From NCBI GenBank assembly GCA_938091805.1, contig CALKGV010000081.1, positions 1-48,461 on the forward strand: a stretch of 48,461 bases of DNA, given 5' to 3'. How positions within the stretch are numbered: position 1 is the stretch's first letter; each line of letters starts with the position of its first letter. Position numbers and translations under genes: made by a program. Positions 1-9,375 of this stretch are shown one piece after another. The stretch is from an uncultured archaeon. Lineage in GTDB: Archaea > Thermoproteota > Bathyarchaeia > Bathyarchaeales > DTEX01. The notes beneath the pieces were generated by a model that worked only from the letters and a program-made list of their open reading frames with translations, did not search any database and was not told the DNA's origin.

Positions 1-21
1 TAAAAGAGGGAAAATGGGGAC

Positions 22-150
22 TCACTTCAAAGATTGCCTAACATGCTCTAGCCTTTCATCCACATCATCTAACCCTAGACGCCTAAGCTCCTCCGAAGTC
101 GGGATGCCATTTTCATCCCAACCCGCAGCCCTATAATACTCTTTCCTTGA
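22..150 (-). pseudogene. C-terminal fragment of aldehyde:ferredoxin oxidoreductase (AOR family)
   Basis: Minus strand reads SRKEYYRAAGWDENGIPTSEELRRLGLDDVDERLEHVRQSLK*, matching the EYYxxxGWDxxGxPTxExLxxLGL C-terminal AOR signature. An in-frame TAG lies just upstream and there is no start codon. Confidence 0.75.
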
Positions 151-192
151 AACGTAATATTTCTAAATGATTAATTTAAGGATTAGGTTAAA

Positions 193-1674
193 CTATTTGT
201 ATGCGTAGCTCCGTTTTCGCCTTCTAATATATGCATATGCCACCCAGGCAGCTATCACGCTAACCGCAACTGCCGCTCCTATTGCGATAATATTGGTGAG
301 GGGGAAAGCCTCCGTTAAAGGAGTTAAGGATATTTGGCGGGTAATATGCACCGTTTCTATGCATGGGACAACGGTTCCAGGGTGCTCAAGCCCTTGGTTT
401 TCCGGGATCTTAGGCCAATGAACTGCTTGAATAATGATGTTGCCATCGCTCTTTATCACGTGCATCCCCGGCTGAGTTATTAAGATAGGCTTATCAGCAT
501 CCGCAATCATAACTGTTCCGTCAACTTCAATCCGAGCGCTTCCACCGGCAAATATGTAGGCTTCGCAAGTGGAGTTTATTGGCAGATATATTGGCATATA
601 CTCGTTCGGCTTAACACCTATGAAGATAACACCGGCTCCATAACCCCAATTTCCGAAGTCTGGCCACTGAGAAGATCGGAAAAAGTATCCGTCATGGATG
701 AACGAAAGCGAGATTGGCGCGCTGCTTTCAACCTTTATTGCATCAGCTTTAACTTTGAACCTAACACTATCTTCAGCCTCAACTTTGGCCTCAAATAGTA
801 TCTGCCTAGTCGTTAAATCGTACACCTTGAAATCCGCCGTCTTAATGGCAGAGACGCGGAAGCCATAATCCTCCACCTCATTTATTGTCGTAGCTGCAGC
901 CGTGTAAAAGTCTGTTCCAACAAACCCGCCCTGAACAGATGGTACAGCAAAGCTATAGTGGTAGCTTCCTCGCCCCCCGGGATCCCCAGACTGTACCATT
1001 ACATGTCCTGTTGATTCAATCTTATATACGTGCCATGGATGCAGCAGTATCCTTTCAAATGAGTTTGGCTCAAGCGATGGAGATTTAATGATTGTCCCCC
1101 TCTCATCCATTATCTTTATGTCAGATTTCTCTAGGGCAAATATCATGAACCTCCTTTGCAGATCCGATGAAGCTAAAAGGACAAACTCTTTCCCAACGTA
1201 CGATCCATCCGTTGCTGGATAAAAGGTATTTGGGGTGGGAACGGAAGTCTCATTACCTAAGGGTACGCTCTGATAATTTAGAAGTAAAACGCATATCGGG
1301 TTGTTGGACTCGACCTTAAACATCGTTCCATTTCTCAAGAGGACATAATGCTTCTCCATATCGTTTAAGATTGCATGAGATATCATCTCGCCAGCTGTAA
1401 GATTATAAACTTTTACATCTGTCTGATCATTCCATGAGGCTATTGCAAGCAACCATAAAGTGTTCGGTTCGTAGGCTAATTCCAACCCGGAATTAATATC
1501 GAATTGATCGATAAGTTCATAACGCCACAATCTCGAGGGAACAACACCATAATATGTAAATTTCTCTGAAAAACTCGCTTCCAGAGGCATGATCATAAGC
1601 CCTATGGGTAAAATGAGGTTCAAGGATAGAAGAGTTAAGGATAAAATAGAAAGGGTCTTCGCTAAATTATCCAA
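193..1674 (-). CDS. Membrane-anchored surface protein with IgGFc-binding-N-like beta repeats
   Basis: N-terminal signal peptide. Repeated units GKEF/GTDF...(I/V)ESxxP(I/V)xV. C-terminal TM helix followed by RRRKR. Confidence 0.65.
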   Translation of the reverse strand: MDNLAKTLSILSLTLLSLNLILPIGLMIMPLEASFSEKFTYYGVVPSRLWRYELIDQFDINSGLELAYEPNTLWLLAIASWNDQTDVKVYNLTAGEMISHAILNDMEKHYVLLRNGTMFKVESNNPICVLLLNYQSVPLGNETSVPTPNTFYPATDGSYVGKEFVLLASSDLQRRFMIFALEKSDIKIMDERGTIIKSPSLEPNSFERILLHPWHVYKIESTGHVMVQSGDPGGRGSYHYSFAVPSVQGGFVGTDFYTAAATTINEVEDYGFRVSAIKTADFKVYDLTTRQILFEAKVEAEDSVRFKVKADAIKVESSAPISLSFIHDGYFFRSSQWPDFGNWGYGAGVIFIGVKPNEYMPIYLPINSTCEAYIFAGGSARIEVDGTVMIADADKPILITQPGMHVIKSDGNIIIQAVHWPKIPENQGLEHPGTVVPCIETVHITRQISLTPLTEAFPLTNIIAIGAAVAVSVIAAWVAYAYIRRRKRSYAYK

Positions 1675-1725
1675 ATAATCCCTTCCCTAAAATGTATCTA
1701 TCGAAATTAAGATATAAAAATCTGA

Positions 1726-1891
1726 TGCTCTTTTAACGAGAATGCTGCGGCGTTTACCACCCCTGCAGGGCGGCTCCGATAAGGGTGGAAAACTAACAGC
1801 CGCTAACCCTCACCTATGCAATAGTAAAAATGTTAGGAGTAATCTATGTAAACCCATATATTAGCAATTACAAAAATCTTATTAAAGAGCA
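1726..1891 (-). mobile_element. Structured non-coding element (truncated IS110-like left end or MITE)
   Basis: Imperfect inverted pair TGCTCTTTTAACGAGA (1726) / TCTTATTAAAGAGCA (ends 1891) encloses a GC-rich stem GCGGC-GTTT-CCACCC...GGGTGG-AAAC-GCCGC in AT-rich DNA. No TSD seen; the family call is from recall and unverified. Confidence 0.4.
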
Positions 1892-1959
1892 GGAGAGAAA
1901 AATTCCCATTAAAGTTTTTATTTATCTAAAAGTTTGATTAAATGTGTAGACACCAATCT

Positions 1960-2037
1960 GGGGCTGTGGGCTAGCTTGGTCTAGGCTACGAGCTTCGGGC
2001 GCTCGTGACGGGAGTTCAAATCTCTCCAGCCCCACCA
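1960..2037 (+). tRNA. tRNA-Pro(CGG), intronless, CCA encoded
   Basis: Acceptor GGGGCTG/CAGCCCC, anticodon arm CGAGC-TTCGGGC-GCTCG, T-loop GTTCAAATC, 3' ACCA. Confidence 0.97.
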
Positions 2038-2473
2038 TACTAAGGCTTCATTTAGCCATCTTCTTGAGTTTAGTTTGGGAGAAGAGGGTAAACCCGTTTA
2101 GATTTCCATCTGCTTTCATGATGGGCTTCTTATCAAGAATCCTAAACCTACCCATCCCCCTATTTTCCGCATGTGAAGCCCAGAACTTTAAGAGGGCATA
2201 TTTAATCACGCTCCTTCTTGTGCAGGGTTTATAGCATCCTCATGTAGGAGCCGCTAAGCCGTCCTAAAACTACTCTCTTCCCTGATTTGAAATTACTACA
2301 GTTGTTATCCCTGAGAGAAAATTACCACTATAGTAATTTTATTGGCGTGTGCATTACGCATGCTGCTTTTGCTCAGCCACCTTAAACCCGCCGTCTAAGC
2401 TCAACAAACAAGTCGTGAGTTCTCCATAACGGCCTTATAAAAAGGACTCCATAAAACAGTTGTATAGGCTTAT

Positions 2474-2810
2474 TTAATCTTTTCGTTGAATTGGATATGC
2501 CCCATATTCCTGGAACGCTTCATACATTGCCAAGATATTCTTTATCGGAATTCTGGGCTGGACATTATGTACGGTGTTGAAGACGAAGCCTCCGCCCGGA
2601 GCGAATATTTGAATGCGTTCACGAACTTCTTTTTTTAACCTGGTCGAGGGTACCAAACGGTAAGGTTCGCTGAGTATCCACGTCGCCCAAAAAGTGATCT
2701 TTTCCCCGTATTTCGATTTGAATCTCTGCGGATCCATGTTTGCAGCTGAGGTTTGAACTGGATTTGGAATGTCGAAGCCAGCTTCGATGAAGCCTTTGAT
2801 TAACCGCTCT
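2474..2810 (-). pseudogene. Uroporphyrinogen-decarboxylase-like (URO-D/MtaA-CmuA family) C-terminal fragment
   Basis: IEAGFD..NPVQTSAANMDP..K..YG..ITFW and APGGGFVFNTVHNVQP motifs. The conserved VDTQRTLPFGT segment lies in another frame (two compensating frameshifts). N-terminal two-thirds absent. Confidence 0.8.
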
Positions 2811-3993
2811 ATTCTATTTTGTCTCCGGGGAGAACGGGTTGAATCCACTTATACGTCGGTATCTCATTTGCAATTTTAATCTTTAATGGAATCTTCCAAA
2901 TATATCTTCCCATACCATTAAGGCGGGTTTTTCCAGGTCTACGCGCATGGAATATCAGAAAATATTGATCATCCAACTTAACTATGTTCCCTATGCCAGG
3001 GCCATTCATGTATTCCCCGACATAGTTAGGCCAGTTTTTCTTCTCAGTTTGGAGAAGGTAAAGTATCTCCCCGCTTTTATTCACATTGCCCCATACATTT
3101 TCAGGGTCAGGTACAATTATCTTTTTGTATGTTTCACCTGGAGGCGGGATTAAAGAGTCGGAGAACGCCGCTCCAATCTTATAGTTATAATCATCAAAGT
3201 CTCCGACGCTGTATAGAAGCACATATTTACCCCGGATCTTCTGAATGATGACGCTTTCAACAATCTGGATATAACCGGGATTACGATCTTCAGAACGGTA
3301 TCCTTCCGGACTTAGAATGGGGCGTGGGGAGAAGTCTGGATCAAGCGTTGCAGGATCAAGCATCCTCCAGGCTTTGATGTGAATATCTACACCTAAGGTT
3401 TCATCTGGATATCCAGCGTTATATATTAGATATAGGTCCCCGTTTTCATCGCGTAAGACATTACAGTCATAAGCAAACCAGCCTCTGTCAACGTTCCCAA
3501 TCAAAATTTTATCGAGACGCCATTTTGTAATAGGGTTCTCTTCCGTCCACATCTGTCCTGGTTGAGGCGCAAAATGGGCTATTACGGTCTTAAAATCGCC
3601 GAAATGTAAAGTAGCGTAGCCATGGTAGGTTCCATCCACATGCCTGTAGACGATGAACCTCCAAAATTCTTTAACTCGACCGCTCTCTTCGGCGAAATCG
3701 AGATCTAAAGAGAACGCCTTAAGATCGCCCTTTGAGAATGTTCGGGTGCGGAAAAACAGGGTGGATGTTCCAAAAATATAATAGTACTGACCATCCTTAA
3801 ACACGAAGGGATCAGGTAATCCATGACTCCCAGTGAGACTTTCATCAATAAACGGCTCGATTATGGTTTTCCTTAAACCTTCATGTAGATGCCACGTAAA
3901 CATTACACACGCACCTACAATAATCATTGATATTACTGCAACAAAGAGATTACATTTCTTGTTATACCGTAATAATGAGCGGGCGCTTCTCAT
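2809..3993 (-). CDS. Glycoside hydrolase family 43-like (5-blade beta-propeller), N-terminal membrane anchor
   Basis: PDPFVFKDGQYYYIFGT, AYD, IVESV and GPG..FLIFHAR motifs. Start moved to ATG 3993 because the upstream extension overlaps a transposase remnant. Confidence 0.8.
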   Translation of the reverse strand: MRSARSLLRYNKKCNLFVAVISMIIVGACVMFTWHLHEGLRKTIIEPFIDESLTGSHGLPDPFVFKDGQYYYIFGTSTLFFRTRTFSKGDLKAFSLDLDFAEESGRVKEFWRFIVYRHVDGTYHGYATLHFGDFKTVIAHFAPQPGQMWTEENPITKWRLDKILIGNVDRGWFAYDCNVLRDENGDLYLIYNAGYPDETLGVDIHIKAWRMLDPATLDPDFSPRPILSPEGYRSEDRNPGYIQIVESVIIQKIRGKYVLLYSVGDFDDYNYKIGAAFSDSLIPPPGETYKKIIVPDPENVWGNVNKSGEILYLLQTEKKNWPNYVGEYMNGPGIGNIVKLDDQYFLIFHARRPGKTRLNGMGRYIWKIPLKIKIANEIPTYKWIQPVLPGDKIE

Positions 3994-4034
3994 AAACAAA
4001 AATTGAAATGAATCTCCAAGTCTCGCAATCTTTA

Positions 4035-4152
4035 AAGTGCACATCATCAGGCAATCTTGAACGACAGCGCTTAAACACGGCGTAGTTATGTTCGCCTCCA
4101 AGGGCACGCCTTGTCTTGCGAGTGATAAAGCCATCTTTTGTTCACCGTTAAA
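4035..4152 (-). mobile_element. Transposase remnant, IS5 family (ISL2-like, DDE_Tnp_4-type)
   Basis: Frameshifted LTVNK-DGFITRKTRRALGGEHNYAVFKRCRSRLPDDV resembles the QLTVNxxGLIxHKT..GxxHDYxxFK..P.LP segment of these transposases. Confidence 0.45.
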
Positions 4153-4589
4153 TCGACTTAAACACCGCAGTCACATTAATTCCTTTCCAAACGCATCATT
4201 ATTTATTGAGATGATAAAAATTAAACGACTTAAAAACCTATTTTAGGCGTCGCATCTATCCCCTCTCTTGAAAGCGCTTCTTTCAGCCGTGTCAAGTTGC
4301 AGATTTTTCTTAATTCCAAGACTGGAGGATGTTTTCTGACAGAGTTTTTCTAAAATTCGTTTACTACTATTTTAGCGATTTTTATCCAGTGCTTTGTGGC
4401 TTAATTTCTATTATTGATTGTTTTTGGTCTCTTTTTCATTTTCGGATTATTTTCTGTCGAATTTTTTGGCGGCTGAATTATCCCTCAAACAGCGATGGCC
4501 GTAAGATTTCACTTGAAATCCAACATTTAAATGAAAATTGAGCCCAATATTACGGGAAATATACCGAAAATGGAGCGGAAGGGAAAAAG

Positions 4590-4963
4590 AAGTATTTCGT
4601 ATCTCATAATCCTACTTATCCTCCATCGCCCGGCGTTTTAATCAGCCTAATCGCCCTACGCCTTTCTGGAGGTCCCCTATCAGCCCTAGCGTTACGCCTA
4701 GGCTTAATGATGGAGGCTTACACTCACCCTCTTAAGCAGCTTATAGGCTTTAGCGGAATCTTAAGCTCTAACCCTAATCAGTAATGCCTCTAAGCGTAGG
4801 AGGATAGTATCCATTCGTAGACTATTCATGGCGTATGGATGGAATAAGGCATATTAAATAAATAGCGCACAAAGCCAGAAACAAAACAGCCCTCAGAAGA
4901 TCAAGGCTTAGAATGAGTTCACCACGCCTGATTAAGCGCTCGTCGATAATCCTTCCAATTCAT
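4590..4963 (-). mobile_element. Internally deleted IS5-family (IS903-like) transposase pseudogene
   Basis: Fragments MNWKDY-DERLIRRGELILSLDLL, FLAxVRYLFNMPY and A*DSAKAYKLLKR..IIKPRRNARADRGPPERRRAIRLIKT, with stops and frameshifts. Confidence 0.8.
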
Positions 4964-5005
4964 AAAACAGAAAACAGACAAATAGAAAATCACTCGCATT
5001 TAACC

Positions 5006-5809
5006 TCAACAACAATAAAGTTTTATTTTTGTTGCGGTAACTCTTACTATCTCCGCCCCGAGTTCCCTGACATAGCCCTCCGCAGCTTTCAAGGCAATAT
5101 TAATCGCCTCATCCTTCGAAACTCTAACCTCAGAGCTACCGATTTTCCAAAGGTTCCATCCATCGTAGAAATGAAGAAGCAGATTATCTACAGTGCTGAT
5201 GCTGAAGCCAAAGATGGGTGGGCTTCTTAAACCATTGACCACATGCCTCCAACTAAAATCAACATAGTTATCTTTAATATCAACGTAAACCCCAAAAACT
5301 AAGCTATTCTTCTCCACAGTTGAGTTCTCTAGCACATTAATTTCCTCTAAGAATGGCAATATTTTGTTACAATATGGGGCATTAAAGAAGTTTTTATATC
5401 TTTCTAGAAAGGTTCTTGCTTCATTAATTAGATCCAAGGAATGTTGGAACTTCATCTTAGGCTTACCTTGACAGTTTAGCACCCGGTACCATTCTAGCAT
5501 GCCATCCATAAACTCCACCGAAATCTCTATAATGTCATTTTCCTCTTTAAGGAGAAGAAGAATAGTATCCGTCGCATGCTTAGAAAAAACCTTAAACTCC
5601 GGTCTTGCATTCCTATCGGTTATAAATTTATATGACACGTCGCAGGCTTCCATATCAATGCCAATCACATCCCTTAAGAAAGTAAAGGCAGAATTTCTTT
5701 CAACCGCTTCAATCTCCTCAATGGACTGAGCCCGGCTCTGTGGACAAACTAGGGCAAAAAGCAAAGCCAAAACCATCATAAACATAAGATGCCCTTTTTT
5801 CATAAGCAT
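5006..5809 (-). pseudogene. Secreted protein with PepSY-like motif, probably truncated at the 3' end by the IS5 remnant
   Basis: SD GGTGAGG before ATG 5809, signal peptide, SKDEAINIALKAA PepSY-like helix. The ORF ends abruptly ~40 bp from the IS5 transposase start. Confidence 0.55.
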
Positions 5810-5837
5810 AATTCCCTCACCCTTTTTATGAAGCTGG

Positions 5838-6095
5838 ATCATAGTTCGGTATAAAAAATGCATCTCTCAAATTGATTTGTGTTATTATTAATGTTGAACG
5901 TTATTTTAGCGGCATAATCAAGAGCCTGTTTTACATTATTACCAAGTTTAAAGATGGCGTAATAGAAGTTTTTACGAATTTTCTGCCAGCCTCTTGCGCT
6001 CCACCAAGATTTTTTCCAAGGAATGGTGCTTCATTATAAAAACCGATGAACACATATCCATTGTTGTCCGGGTTCTTGTAGCCATATCTATATAT
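5838..6095 (-). pseudogene. Frameshifted C-terminal fragment of an unknown protein upstream of the PepSY-like gene
   Basis: YRYGYKNPDNNGYVFIGFYNEAPFLG...RKFVK continues, after a one-base loss in an A run, as NFYYAIFKLGNNVKQALDYAAKITF. Confidence 0.45.
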
Positions 6096-6401
6096 ATCGC
6101 TTTCGGGGAAAAAGCCGCATATAAACCGACAAAACTGTCACCAAAATGCAAGTAGATGCTCATCACCTTGAGATTATGAAATGAGAAATGGATCCATATT
6201 TCGATGAATAATGAAGGATTCATACCATTATTCGTTTAAATCCGACTTGGGTGTCAAATCCAAAATTATCGGTTGCTGACACAATTCCCTTGCCCTCGTT
6301 TAAGATTTCATACCCCCTATTGCAGGTTTCCACTAGAAGGCAAAAATCTTTATTAGGCTACAAGATTGCAAATAAACTCAAAGAATGGAGGCTGATTTAT
6401 T

Positions 6402-8768
6402 ATGGAGAAACATAATTTGGACAGGCAGTGGCTTTTCAGTTTCGGCGCGCCTAGCCCTTTTGTAAAGAAGGCTGAAGGCATCGTTGTGGATTTACCTCAC
6501 GATTTCAGCATCATTCAAAAACGTGATCCCAATGCGCCCTCAGGCCCTAGCAACGGCTATTTCCCCGGTGGGATGGCAACATATGAAAAAACAATCTTCA
6601 TCCCTGTCGATTGGAGTGGGAAGAAGGTTATCCTTGAGTTCGAGGGCGTTTATATGAATGCCGTTGTGCATTTCAACAATAACATTGTGGCTAAACACCC
6701 ATACGGTTACACCAGCTTTCACTGCGACCTAACCCCATATCTGCGTTATGGTCAGGAAAATAAGATCCGCGTCTTCGTGAACAACAGCGCTCAGCCGAAC
6801 ACCCGCTGGTACAGCGGCTCAGGCATATACCGCCACGTATGGCTGCTGGTCGGCGAGAGCATCCATATACCTCCCTGGGGCGTCTATGTTACAACTCCAA
6901 AAGTCTCCCCCGAAGCCTCTACGGTTTCTGTCAGAACCACCGTTGAAAATTCCGGCCAGGCAGCGGCTAAAGTTACGGTCCGCACAACGCTGCTGACAGC
7001 CTCAGGCTCAGAGGCCGCTAGGGGAGAAGTCGAATTGGATGTTCCCGCCGGAGGCTCAGTTGAGGCTGATCAAGAGCTCGAGGTATTCTCTCCCAATCTT
7101 TGGTCTGTTGAGAACCCGTACCTTTACACTTTGAGAAGTGAGATCATATATGACGGCAGAGTTATTGATAAAACTGATACTAAAATAGGAATACGCTCAA
7201 TATCTTTCGATCCGCATAACGGCTTCAGGTTGAACGGCGTCCCTGTTAAGCTCAGGGGTGGCTGTGTACATCATGACTGCGGGCTGCTTGGAGCCGCGGC
7301 GTATGATCGGGCTGAGGAACGCAAGGTTGAGCTTCTTAAAGCCAACGGATTCAACGCGGTGCGCTGCGCCCACAACCCGCCTTCGCCGGCCTTTCTGGAT
7401 GCTTGCGATAGGCTGGGCATGCTAGTTATAGATGAGATCTTCGATTGCTGGCGAGAGGCGAAAAATCCTAATGATTATAGCCTTTATTTCGAGGAGTGGT
7501 GGCAGAGAGACCTGGCTTCCATGATACTTCGCGACCGCAACCATCCATGCATCATCATGTGGTCAATCGGCAATGAAATCCCGGAGCTAACGGGTTTTTC
7601 AGAGGGCTACTCGTACGCACGCAAATTAGCGGACTTCATCCGCAGCCTAGATAATACAAGGGCAATTACAAGCGCTCTGACCGAATATTTCCTTTATCCC
7701 TTAATCGCCGCCGATTTAAACCTCGAAAGGAAAATCCCTGATGAGCTCTGGATAGAGCATTCTTCCAAGTTCGCAGAGCCCCTGGATGTTGTGGGCTACA
7801 ACTATATGATACATCGCTACGATGGCGATGGAAAAAACTTCCCCGATCGCATAATATGCGGCACAGAGAGCTTCCCCTCGATGGCCTTCGACTACTGGGA
7901 AGCCGTTGAGAGGTTGCCCTACGTCATCGGCGACTTCGTCTGGACAGCCATCGACTACCTCGGCGAGGCGGGTATTGGACGGGTCAAATATGAGGGTGAG
8001 GATTTTTCGTTCCTCAGTCCCTATCCTTGGCATCAAGCATTCTGCGGCGACATCGACATATGCGGCTTCAAGAGACCCCAGTCTTACTACCGTGACTGCG
8101 TTTGGGGTATATCAAAAGCTCCCTATATCGCAGTCCATAAACCAGAGACTTATGGCAAAAAACCTCGTGCTTTGTTTTGGAGCTGGCCTGAGGTTGTCTC
8201 CTCCTGGACTTGGCCGGGTTGCGAAGGAAAGCCGATGGTGGTAGACGTATACAGCACCAGCAGCGAAATTGAACTCTTCCTTAATGGCAGATCCCTAGGT
8301 CGCAAGCCAGCCGGAAAGGTCAACAGATACATTGCCTCGTTCGAGGTCATCTATGAACCTGGCGAACTGGTGGCGGTCGGATATGAAAACGGCGTTGAAA
8401 CCTCACGTAGCGTGTTGAGGACTGCGGGAAAACCTGCAAACATCCGTCTGAAACCTGACAGAAGCGTGTTAAAGGCGGAATTCGGCGACCTTTCCTATGT
8501 GACTGTAGAGATAGTGGATGCTGAAGGCAACATTTGCCACAACGCCACCAACAACATTTATTTTATCGCCTACGGCGTTGGCTCCATCGTGGCTGTAGGC
8601 AACGGAAACCCGGTGTCTGAGGAAATGTACGTTGGGAATCAACGTAAGGTTTATGAAGGACGCGCAATGGTGGTTGTTCGCTCAAATGGTGAACCCGGCG
8701 AGATTGTTCTGACCGCTACAGCCGACGGAATCCCAACGGCAAGTGTAACTATTCGAGTAATGAAATAA
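6402..8768 (+). CDS. Glycoside hydrolase family 2 (beta-galactosidase-like)
   Basis: LEFEGVY, RWYSGSGIYRHVWL, LRGGCVHHD, AVRCAHNPP, RDRNHPCIIMWSIGNE (acid/base Glu), GTES (nucleophile), GDFVWTAIDYLGEA. SD GGAGG. Confidence 0.95.
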   Translation: MEKHNLDRQWLFSFGAPSPFVKKAEGIVVDLPHDFSIIQKRDPNAPSGPSNGYFPGGMATYEKTIFIPVDWSGKKVILEFEGVYMNAVVHFNNNIVAKHPYGYTSFHCDLTPYLRYGQENKIRVFVNNSAQPNTRWYSGSGIYRHVWLLVGESIHIPPWGVYVTTPKVSPEASTVSVRTTVENSGQAAAKVTVRTTLLTASGSEAARGEVELDVPAGGSVEADQELEVFSPNLWSVENPYLYTLRSEIIYDGRVIDKTDTKIGIRSISFDPHNGFRLNGVPVKLRGGCVHHDCGLLGAAAYDRAEERKVELLKANGFNAVRCAHNPPSPAFLDACDRLGMLVIDEIFDCWREAKNPNDYSLYFEEWWQRDLASMILRDRNHPCIIMWSIGNEIPELTGFSEGYSYARKLADFIRSLDNTRAITSALTEYFLYPLIAADLNLERKIPDELWIEHSSKFAEPLDVVGYNYMIHRYDGDGKNFPDRIICGTESFPSMAFDYWEAVERLPYVIGDFVWTAIDYLGEAGIGRVKYEGEDFSFLSPYPWHQAFCGDIDICGFKRPQSYYRDCVWGISKAPYIAVHKPETYGKKPRALFWSWPEVVSSWTWPGCEGKPMVVDVYSTSSEIELFLNGRSLGRKPAGKVNRYIASFEVIYEPGELVAVGYENGVETSRSVLRTAGKPANIRLKPDRSVLKAEFGDLSYVTVEIVDAEGNICHNATNNIYFIAYGVGSIVAVGNGNPVSEEMYVGNQRKVYEGRAMVVVRSNGEPGEIVLTATADGIPTASVTIRVMK

Positions 8769-8814
8769 AGACGGCGATGAAAACTAAGGCACATACACAT
8801 TGCAAGAAAAACTA

Positions 8815-8902
8815 TGGAGATTCACAGAAGATCCAGGGTCTCTGAGCCGCGAAGCATTATCAGAAGCGAGAATCCCCCGACTTCAGCCATGGAGAATGTC
8901 AA
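8815..8902 (+). mobile_element. IS200/IS605 right-end remnant (TnpB omega-RNA 3' region)
   Basis: AGAATCCCCCGACTTCAGCCATGGAGAATGTCAA: degenerate subterminal hairpin ending in TCAA, typical of IS200/IS605 right ends. Confidence 0.55.
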
Positions 8903-9039
8903 CTACGAATACATCATCCAAATGCTTGGAAAAGTCCTAAATAAACAGTTTATGCGTGCCATGAAACTTCCTGACTTTTCTTTCCTTTTGAAGAAAAGCG
9001 GATCCATCATTCATGCTGTTTTATAGTTTCTGGGTTGAG

Positions 9040-9238
9040 CCGTGATTTTTAGGTCGTGGCTTTTCAGCCTTTTGAAGTGTTCATCCCTTTTTAAGCGTCA
9101 TATTTTTTGAGATGGTTGTTGCAGCTATCAGCGGATCCTCGTCAGATAATTGAACGTATTAAACGCCTTCCTTTCGCTTTGAATTCTTACCTCAACAGAA
9201 ACCGAAAGAGTTGCGTATTTCACCAAATTTGCCACCAC
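9040..9238 (-). pseudogene. Collapsed VapBC toxin-antitoxin remnant
   Basis: Antitoxin-like start MVKYATLSVSVEVR joined to a PIN-domain C-terminus LSDEDPLIAATTISKNMTLK-DEHFKRLKSHDLKI. Confidence 0.6.
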
Positions 9239-9375
9239 TAATCTTAACCATCTTGTTAAAAGCCCGCTTTAAACCTTTTAAGAAAGTAATCCCGTAATGA
9301 TGATGGAGAAGCCGCCGGAAAATATTTGGCTTAGAATCATTTTTATATATGAGCACACATCAAGTGGCTGATGGA

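Noticed and set aside
2045-2240. Short minus-strand frame containing NRGMGRFRIL, reminiscent of a RAMP/Cas7 Gly-rich loop
   Set aside because: No start codon, no other RAMP motifs, and no cas genes or array nearby.
4245-4560. T-rich 70-aa ORF and possible IS-end fragments (GCATCTATCCCCTC, GTGTCAAGTT)
   Set aside because: The ORF is low-complexity, and no partner repeat or TSD was found.
6250-6292. GTGTCA-N20-TGACAC inverted repeat upstream of GH2
   Set aside because: Only 6 bp per arm, which is compatible with chance.
8814-9026. 70-aa ORF after GH2
   Set aside because: It spans the IS right end and its flank, with no recognisable motif.
9228-9256. Possible attR duplicate of the tRNA-Pro 3' end (CCACCA...CCATCTT)
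   Set aside because: Only 6-7 bp patches match, and no integrase is present.
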